A stretch of 63,288 bases of DNA, filler included, from Bigelowiella natans CCMP2755 (Eukaryota > Protista > Cercozoa), in NCBI GenBank assembly GCA_000320545.1. It is 4 parts of 4 records of this genome, joined end to end, with 100 filler letters (N's around TTAATTAATTAA, not from the genome) between each part and the next. Parts side by side here need not be neighbours in the genome. Positions count along the whole stretch, not along the records: positions 51,593 to 59,755 come from ADNK01001160.1; positions 59,856 to 63,288 come from ADNK01000830.1; 2 more parts are not named here. One strand, written 5' to 3'. Each line of letters begins with the position of its first letter. Positions within the stretch are counted from its first letter, which is position 1. The translations under genes were made by a program, and so were the position numbers. Below the pieces are notes generated by a model. It had not been told where the DNA came from. It worked only from the letters and a program-made list of their open reading frames with translations, and searched no databases. Below, piece by piece: positions 54,444 to 63,288 of this stretch.

Positions 54444-55241
54444 GATGTTTCAATACAGTTAGTAGCAGCACGACATTGTATAACTCAAGCTTTTCGATGC
54501 TGAATCATTAAGAAGGATGCTGTAAAGCTCATGGAAGATGAAGAATCAGACATGTACATTGTCAATTAAGGTTCCGTTAAGATGACACGTGGAGCTGCAT
54601 GTAAATACCTCTCCACGTTCACGCAGTAATTATACTCCATCTTAGACCAATGTGAATACATTCCAATGTTCGGAACATTTCTTTGATCCACCTTCGTACG
54701 TGTAACATGTGTGCACCTGTCTTGAAAAGCAAAGCTACCAATGTTTTCCCACATCGGTAATGGTGCTACCACGCGTGCATTGCTCTGCCTGTCTAGTTGC
54801 ATGAAGAAGACCCTCAACAAAACAGTGCACCCAATGAGCTAGTGAGCTTACTGCGAGCATGAAGTCTGCGCATGCCGGCTCGCTGCGATGCCATCTAGCC
54901 ATGACCGCCCATGCATCTGACTAGCTGGGCCGTGCTAGCGTGGGCGCCTGGACATTGTTTCATTGTTGACAAACACAGCACAGGCGAAACGACGTGCGCA
55001 TGTCACATGTGCAACACACTCTTGCACTGTCTCTGACCACTGCTAGATTGCTAGATCGCACAAATTGCGGCGAGGAGTTGCACGTTGCTAGGTGACGTTG
55101 TGTGGCACGTGCCCTGTCTGCTCTATCTGCTCTGGTGCTGTCTAACTAGCTGTGTGCAAGCCTCTCAAGGCGCATGCTAGCATGTCATGATGGAATGGCA
55201 AAGCTACTTTTCCACGAAGAACGAAGCATTGGGATTGAGAT

Positions 55242-56341
55242 TCAAATGATCTCCGACCAGTTACTAATCCTCCAGAAGCTCATTGTACACGTTATTCGGT
55301 CATGGCAGTCATGGTCTTCCGTGATGTATTTCTTTTCCAGCTGCCTGATCCGGGTCCTTCCCGTCTCGTACTGGTCCATCGCTTGCTTGATTGTCACCAT
55401 CCACTTCAGCTTGTCGTGGTCGCTCGGGTTGGGGGTAAAATCACATAGTAGGCTTCTTGCATCTTTCCACCATTTCTTTGCTTCTCCCCTTTTCCCACTG
55501 TATTTCGTTATGGTTACCGGTGTTGTTTTGACAGATACGAACTGCGCGCTCCTCTGTCCCGGTTGCCGTTTCGCCGTATTTGGGATAGCTCCCCGCGAAG
55601 CTCCCCAATTCCCGTCTCTGCGGAACAATTCCGCCCATTCCTCAGGTAAGTCCAACTCAATTATTTCCTGCTTGACCGATGTCCATGCCTCTTCACTCTG
55701 GTACCTGTACATGATTCCTGTCTTTATTTTCGTGTACGTCGTCGGTCGTGGTCGTAATCCTCTAAGTGCCATGACCACTTTCTTTCCTTGCTCGACTATC
55801 TCATCGTCCTCCGCCTCATAAAGTTCCTGAACTGCGTCCGTGACTAGTTCCGTAGGTTTTTTTCTGGGTGCTGGTCCCGGAGGGGGTGGGAGGTCCGTAT
55901 CCTTGTTCTCCGCGGGTTGCTTGGCATCCTCGGCGGCCTCCTGTCCCTGCATGCTTTCCAAGTCGCTCCTTAAGATTTCCCGTCCGTTTTCGTGATGAGA
56001 CATGTTTCTGGTGCTGATTATCCCGTGAGTGGAAGCCAAATGTTGTTGCGCGTAGCGTGCTTGGAATGCAAGTAAGCTGCGGTCAGATGAGTAGTAATTT
56101 ATTGATATGCATGAAATACTTAGTCAACAGTCATCAGTCATATTTGATTGATTGACTGACAGGCCTTCCTAGTGAAGGTCTGTCCGCTAGCTCTTACACC
56201 CAGGCCTTCCCATAGGCCTGGCGTTCCATTAGCGCGACATGATGCCGTTTGGGGGTGCGACAACCCCCATTCCTTGTCGCAGGTGACTTTGGCGTAATTG
56301 CCTAAATTACCGTACGTGCCGCACACTCGCTCGTCAAGACA
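55242..56341 (-). mobile_element. LTR retrotransposon 5' fragment: LTR (about 56041-56325/56341), PBS and truncated gag-like ORF
   Basis: On the minus strand, a TGT...ACA-bounded ~300-bp block with AATAAA, then 2 nt, then TGGCTTCCACTCACGGGA, then an intronless ORF from ATG 56003 with a Pro-rich segment and YSGKRGEAKKWW. No pol and no second LTR. Confidence 0.65.
56021..56038 (-). promoter_or_regulatory. Primer-binding site complementary to a tRNA 3' end (...GGAAGCCA, Arg-like)
   Basis: 18-nt TGG-initiated tract directly after the LTR-terminal CA. The tRNA identity is inferred only from resemblance to yeast tRNA-Arg(ICG) ending GGAAGCCA. Confidence 0.6.
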
Positions 56342-56759
56342 CTCATAGCAAGGGAAGAAAGAGGCATTTCAAGCAAGGTTGAACAAAAACTAGGGATTGT
56401 GGAATGTGCTGACTCTGCATGAAGAGACAAACACAGAAACAAAGAATTGTTTCGTGCAAGATTGAAAAAGGAACTGCATCACTGAGTGCGCTAGTTGCCG
56501 GAGAGAAGAAAGGGGGAAGGCGGTAGTCGCAGTGATCAAGTGACGGGCGATGGCACGAAGAGGTCCTTTTTCCAATGTGCGACATGCCAAATGAGGATAA
56601 ATAGTCCAGAAATCCCATGTCGTTTGTACGGACAGACATCGAAAGTGAGTCCGTAACTGCAAGATCTATCTACTGAGTCCGTAATTTGTTGATGTAAGAT
56701 GTGTCTTTATTACTTGGTTGTTACGCTGTTAGAAACTCGCAGAAATCTCATGCTTATTC

Positions 56760-57761
56760 ATGTCGCAGATGAAAAATGGCATGCATTATCTCGTCGTCAG
56801 ACGACAAGTGCGGGAAATGTATGACAGATCAAAACGCGCAGCCGACGTTGGAGTTCGTTCACCACTTACCACTCCGCTCCAACGCCCTTCTTGTGCAATT
56901 TCCCAACTGCCTTTCACATTAACGCTCTTTTTGAGTTTGTGGGGGAGGTCACATGTGCCTTTCGGACAGGAGCGGAGCAATTTTCCTCTTTCTTCTTGCG
57001 ATAGATGATGCGGTATTCGTCAATTGCCACATCACAATGGTATGCACAGCTACTCACAAAGATGTCCCAGGACGAACATCCTTCTTTTTTGGGACTTATG
57101 ACCACGGGTAATGTTTCAAAAGTTTAGAATAAATACACATTTTGGTGCTTTGCTGCGGGAAATGTTGATATATTTGGCCGGAAAATGTACAACTTACTCG
57201 TGTCCTTCTGCACACGTACATGCATATTTGTGTGTGTGAGGGTTGGGGGAGGGGGGAAGCATGTGTGAATGTGTACGTATAATTCCTGTGATTAAAATCC
57301 TTCGAATGTATTTCAACAGAAGCAATATGAGAATACAACCTTCCGGTAACTTAGAAATCACACCACCGACGGGTAAATTCTACACTGTAAATACATCGAT
57401 GAATCTAAAAAGCTTCGGAAACTTTAGAAAAATTAAACGTATACCAATATGATTATCTATGTATTTTTCTTAGGAATAACGTCGACATACAGCTTCACCA
57501 AAACTTGCACGAGCGGCCTAGTGGCAGCAACAGAAAATGTCAACCAGGTTGTTCAGAAAGTGTGAGTTTTCATCAAGATGTGCTATGATATACGGACTAT
57601 GGCAGGTAACGGAAGGATTAAAGACACACACAGATTGGATGGTGTGGCCAAGTAGCGCACAGCTAAATTTGACAGCTTGTCGTAACTTAAATGACGACTA
57701 CGGACAACCAATCATACGCGAAGACAGTAATTTTCCCCAGCGCATATACACAAACGCAAAA

Positions 57762-57835
<74 letters not shown>

Positions 57836-58170
57836 TTTGTGTGGTTGTGTGTCTGTATATGTGCACACATGTAGATACTGATATGTAGGTAATAATGTGC
57901 ATCTACTATCAGGTACGGTAGCATGCTATATCAACCATCCGAATTATCCAGATCCACAACTTGAATGGGCGCAGCCTTCCTATAGGGTGGGTTATAGAAC
58001 ATTTTATGTGTGACAGTTATCATAATGATGATAGTGATGATGCAAAAATAATAAAATACATATAAACTGACACCCGTACAATCATAGTTTATTTTTCCAA
58101 TTCACACTCACTACAAACGCATATACACATGCATATACACACGTATATACACACACAGGAAACATATATT

Positions 58171-58238
<68 letters not shown>

Positions 58239-58300
58239 TTGTAGAGTTCCCAACTTCCATATTGTCTCGGAGCACGGTCGCTGGCACTCAGTAGAAAGAT
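56760..58300 (+). CDS. Possible multi-exon hypothetical gene
   Basis: Several short AG..GT-bounded open segments (about 57005-57107, 57321-57372, 57475-57547); no recognisable motif. Confidence 0.2.
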
Positions 58301-59550
58301 GAATGTTCAAGCTTTCTCGCATCATTTCATTAGCACCTCGGAATGTATTGTGGAAATCAATTTCAAGTACATCGTTATGCTCTGTTTCCATACTAGATTG
58401 TCGTATTGATATGCGTATTTGAAGGAATCCTTAGAGTAAAAGTGACGACTCATCTTGATGTTAAGGTATCTGGTGGGTAGCAACTGTATATGATTCTGTC
58501 CCAGGCACCTTTGAAATGAAAGTAAGAGCAGGCCAGATAGGCACATGTGCATACACTCCCGTAGAATTCGTGTGTGTGTGTCTGTGTGTGTCAGTGTGTT
58601 AGTGTGTTATATGCGCGTTGTATGCAGTGAATATGTATCTACCACCTATGTGGGTTATGCTTCTTATGGAAAAGGTCACCAATGCGGACGTGGAGATGCA
58701 GCCAGGGCAAATGTAAGACAGGCTACTATGAACATTTGCTCTGAATGTACACACTCACGCACACAAATAATGCAGCAAATATACATAAATATAATGCACA
58801 CATAAATTTACTTACATTCACATCCCTGTATGCCTGCTACATTTATGATATATGTTGTTAAAACAGCCCCCCTTGCTCGATGGAGCTTACAGCCAAACGG
58901 TACAGGCTATCAAACTCTAATAAGGTACAAACAACCCACAAACGTTCCCAAGAAAACACCTTTCAATTTGCCAAACATTCTCAAGAGTAACAGCTCGGAT
59001 TATGGGCGGATATATGTTTGATAATACCGTTGTGAGTTGTTGTGAAAGTGTGAAACAACAACTTCAGAGTGTAGTATGTGTGTTGACGATATTGCGGTTT
59101 CCTCAAGGGCGCTCCAGTGTATATGGCAGCCTCTACAGCATTGAATAAGTACGACTAGTTTCTTTGTGTGGTGTATATAATGTTGCTTGTTATATATATT
59201 TTGAGAGATTCGGCTTCATTCCAGTGTGTTTTCTATTTGATATTGTTTACTCTGCTGACCCTGATCCAATGGGCTGAGAAGCTCGAATAAATGTGAAACC
59301 GATATACCTCCTACAGCTATGGTATTACTACAATCTTGCAAAAATATGATTCATCATTTACTTAGATGAGGGCGTATGGTAGCTACCATGATGTGTTCTA
59401 GTTCTCTTTCTCCCTCCCCTCCCCCCCCCTCCCCCACGCATTTTTGTATATGATGGGCAGACCATCATGTTTGCTATTCCTGCTTCACATTAGGAGCAAA
59501 GCTATATGAAAAACGCGAGATTAATGTTATTATATTGTGTATGTGTATCC

Positions 59551-59616
<66 letters not shown>

Positions 59617-59755
59617 GTGTGTGTGTGTGTGTGTGTGTGAGTTTCACTCCTCCAATTTTGTTCTCCTCTTTCTCTCCTCCTTACCGAAAACGAAGCCTCT
59701 TGTCAATGGACGTTTAGACTTGGTTTCGATACCACTTCTCTCCTCCTCCTCCTCC

Positions 59756-59855
59756 NNNNNNNNNNNNNNNNNNNNNNNNNNNNNNNNNNNNNNNNNNNNT
59801 TAATTAATTAANNNNNNNNNNNNNNNNNNNNNNNNNNNNNNNNNNNNNNNNNNNN
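59756..59855. other. Assembly gap spacer
   Basis: N-TTAATTAATTAA-N, 100 bp. Confidence 0.98.
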
Positions 59856-59879
59856 CCTTCCTTCCTTCCTTCCTTCCGC

Positions 59880-60100
59880 GAAGGAGGCACTCGTATCACT
59901 TCGACTCCATGGCGGCCTTTGCGGAGGGGAACGCGAAGGCCATTGAGTACTTTGGCAGGCTGCCGACTCTGAACCGGTGCGTGCTTCTTCGTCGTCGGAT
60001 ATTGCGCTCTGCTCAGCGCAGCAGCAGCAGCAGTAGTAGTAGTGGTGGTGGTAGTCCTCCCAGTAGCAGTCGTAGGAGAGTAGTTAGGATGGCTATAGCC

Positions 60101-60135
<35 letters not shown>

Positions 60136-60646
60136 GACACAGAGCCGAGGACGATACGTAAGAACACCAATTCAAAATTATTTGCCTCCCCTCCCCCTCT
60201 CCACTAACTCCTCCTCCTCCTCTACTTTCTTCTTGATCTTCTTCTTCTCCTCCTCCTCCTCCTCCCCCTCCTCCTCCTTCCACTAGGGTCTTAAAGCGAA
60301 ACTCCACCAAGGAGGAAAACGCCTACCTGCAGGTATTACGATAAGTCGAGTAGCTGGGGCTATCACCATCGTCGCAGCAGCAGCAGTTTGGCGGAGTAGA
60401 CACCAGCGCGCACTCAAAAAAAAATTTCCCCCCCCCCCCCCCCCCCCCCCCCCCCTTGCACTCACACCTTACGCACACTCGCAGGTGCTGGCCGGCGAGG
60501 TGGAGCGGCAGAACCGCCGGGAGTCGCTCAACCGCTATCGCAAAGAGGAGGCGGAGAGGTCCACTTCGAACGAGAAGAAGCTCTTCCCCGACTCGGTCAA
60601 GATAGAGGGCATGAGCGCCGCGACACCGGCGACTTCGAGGCTGTAG
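59880..60646 (+). CDS. 3' exons of an unidentified protein ending in PTS1 (-SRL)
   Basis: Exons RHSYHFDSMAAFAEGNAKAIEYF / GLKAKLHQGGKRLPA / VLAGEVERQNRRESL..AATPATSRL* (stop 60644-60646), with GC3-rich codons. Confidence 0.55.
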
Positions 60647-61950
60647 CGGAGGAGTGAAGGCTCTGCGCGAGCTTTTTTTGTTTTTTTATAACAAGGGGTG
60701 GTGCGTCTCGGTTTGGGGAGGGACGCTGTTGCTGCTGCTATGGAGGCCAAGACGTAGCTGCAGCAAGGAGAGAAGGAGAATGATAGTGGGTTGGGGAGGG
60801 TTGGGTTGTCTAGTGTAGTAGCGCGCGCAATTAGCAACTAGCTGCGGCTATAATAAATAAAGAGCACAGTAGTAGCTCGGTCCGTCATGTTGGAACCCGC
60901 CAATTAAGGTAATAAGAGCCGATTATAGATTGAAGATTATATGCTATATGTTGATCACAATAATAATGAGTCGCTAAGATCGAGTGTTGTATCGCACATG
61001 TGCTCACCGCTATGCACTAGCTAGCTACATCCTTCGCAGACACACTGCGGTGCTACTCGTGCAGCTTCCAATAATGTGGCGCGAATATTATGTGCTGCTA
61101 GATGTATGCACAGCACTAAGATACATTCGCAGGCCGCACAGCTGAGGATAAGCCTGCGCGCGTATCTCTAGATCTGTTATACTAGCTGTGGACTCAGAGA
61201 TCGCTCTGACGTATATGAGTGTCACGCATCATCATGCATCTGGCTAGCTGGATTGCGCGGCCTGCATGTGATTGGGATGACTATATTTCACATTGATCAA
61301 TTTGTCGTTATGCATTTATAGCTTGCGATACATTATGTGCTGCGTTGAGTAATGATAAATTCCGTGCACATACAGGATGCGCAACATGCGGCGGGAGGGT
61401 GGTTGCTGTCATGTACACATACACTGCAATGCTAGGCTGTATGTGGCATGCTAGCATGTCTAACTGTTCGTGCGTGTGTGGTGTACCTGACATTAGATAC
61501 ATGTGATCATAGCGCGTTGAATTAGCTTAGTTAAAACGTTGGACATGTGCCATTATTATTGAGGGGCAACCGCTCATCAGTGGACAACGAACTGATGCAC
61601 TGCCGATGAGTCTCACTGCTAGATTGCGCCCATTCTTTGTCGGTGTGGGAACGTCACAGAAGTTATGATATTAATAATTAGATGCTAAGTCCTATATGGG
61701 CCTGCATGTTTACTAGTAGCAGATATCTAAGTCGTCCTCCTCTGCTTGTTGTAAAGCATGCAGTCACAGCGGTGGTGGCGGTGGGGTGGGTGGGTGGAGG
61801 CCGCGCCGCGCGCGCTGCCGTTTACATGTGGGCGGCCGTCGGTCAGCGAACACTAATCTTCCCTGTCCACATGCCTCTGCCCAAAATGTTTCGAGCTTCT
61901 GTTCTGTCGTGGATCGGTCTTCTCATGGCTGCCGCTGTACTCCTGAGGAG

Positions 61951-61994
<44 letters not shown>

Positions 61995-62012
61995 GTGTGT
62001 GTGGGGGGGTAC

Positions 62013-62049
<37 letters not shown>

Positions 62050-62820
62050 GTCTCCTCCCCCCCCTCCCCCCCTCTGGTTTTGTGGGGCGAAATGGCGACA
62101 TCCTCAACGTTCTGATTAAGCATTGTGAGCTCTTGTCGGAGGGGGCAAACAAGCAATCACCTTATGCTGATCCAGCACTCGCACGGGAGGGCAGTCCCAG
62201 ACGTTCTTCGTGTGGGCCAGGCACATATATCTACATCAACCGCAGCAGTTTCACCCCCACAAACAGCAGCAGCAGCAGTATCAGCAAAAGGTTAGCAGAT
62301 TGTCGCACATACGCCGAACGGGCGCAGTGCATAATGCATACGCGCGCGCGCTTTTGCTTTTTCCTGGGCGGGAGATGACCTATAAGCTAGCGTCCCGAAC
62401 CCGCTCATCCCCCGATGAACAGCCTGCAGGAAGGAAAGGGAGGGGGGGCGAGGAAAAGGAAGAGGAAAAGGAGGAGGTTCTTGTATTTGTTGCTGCCCCC
62501 TGCAACAGCTACGACGACGACGACGACAACACCTACTACTACACCTGCTATACCCCCCCCCCCCTCCCCACCCCCCCTCGTCCTCCTCCTTCAGCCTACC
62601 GGCACTCTGATGCTAGCTGAAACAGAGTCAACAACACGAGCGTCTCTTCCTTCGGACTCCCTATTATTATGATCACCATCGCCACCACAACCACCAAGAT
62701 CAACACCATCATCGTACACCTCTCCTAGTGTCGGTTACTGCTGTACGCGTTCATTCGCGTACGATATTCACGGTATATTATTACAGAGCGTGTACTTCGT
62801 TGCGAGCGCGAAGAATGCAT

Positions 62821-62851
<31 letters not shown>

Positions 62852-63288
62852 GCAGCGACAACGACAACTGCCACTACTACAACTATCTACTGCGCACAAT
62901 AATTACCGGACGGAAACTGGTCCTCAAACGTGACCTTTGAGTTGCGCCTGAGGTAATGAGAAAGAGGCCAGAGGGGGGGGGGGGGGGGGGGGAAGGGGAT
63001 GGAGAACGGCAGACGGCCACAAAAGAAGATAGATAAGGAGAGAGAGAGAGAGAGAGAGAAAGAGGAAGGCCACAACACAAAAATGAGAATCCTCGGGGGG
63101 GGATTTTTTCCCTCGGAATCCCAAAATAGACGCGGACAGAAATGGGCCCATTTTTTTTTTTTTAGGCGGGTCCCAAGCAAATTAAAAACCCACGGGTCGG
63201 GGACCGATCCGGAGGGGAAAAAAAACCAAACCCCCTTTGCTTTTTTAGCGAGAAAAAATACATCTCCCCCCCCCCACATCAAGAAGAA

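Noticed and set aside
61500-63288. Possible minus-strand gene exons (also 430-840)
   Set aside because: Splice-like boundaries, but no consistent frame or recognisable motif. The terminal 300 bp looks low quality.

Overview
Gene-dense eukaryotic nuclear DNA with GT-AG introns packed with (TA)n/(TG)n/(CT)n/(TAG)n microsatellites. It comes from an unidentified protist, possibly one with a complex plastid. Three artificial 100-bp N gaps (TTAATTAATTAA linker) join the contigs. Recognisable genes: Rab24-like GTPase, Kelch pseudogene, SEC11, HAD-IA phosphatase, TEDC1, an ankyrin-kinase-RING/IBR protein, DDX52/ROK1 (5' part), XPC/Rad4, mannose-6-phosphate isomerase, a GATase-GGCT fusion, an ABCG transporter (5' part), a GIGYF-like 3' part and a PTS1-ending 3' part. 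There are also LINE, LTR and MITE-like remnants. Two signals are not explained by these features. (1) 3'-side intergenic spacers and old transposon remnants carry a context-specific A:T->G:C signature: TpA is nearly erased (to TG/CA) except in CTA/TAG, and CTAG is strongly enriched. This looks like a 'reverse RIP'; introns and promoters are spared. (2) A hairpin-rich cassette at 5.6-6.1 kb holds a 100%-identical 220-bp copy of the neighbouring SEC11 gene between palindromic CCCC-GAA-GGGG repeats. All counts are hand counts, exon boundaries are manual, and no database searches were run.
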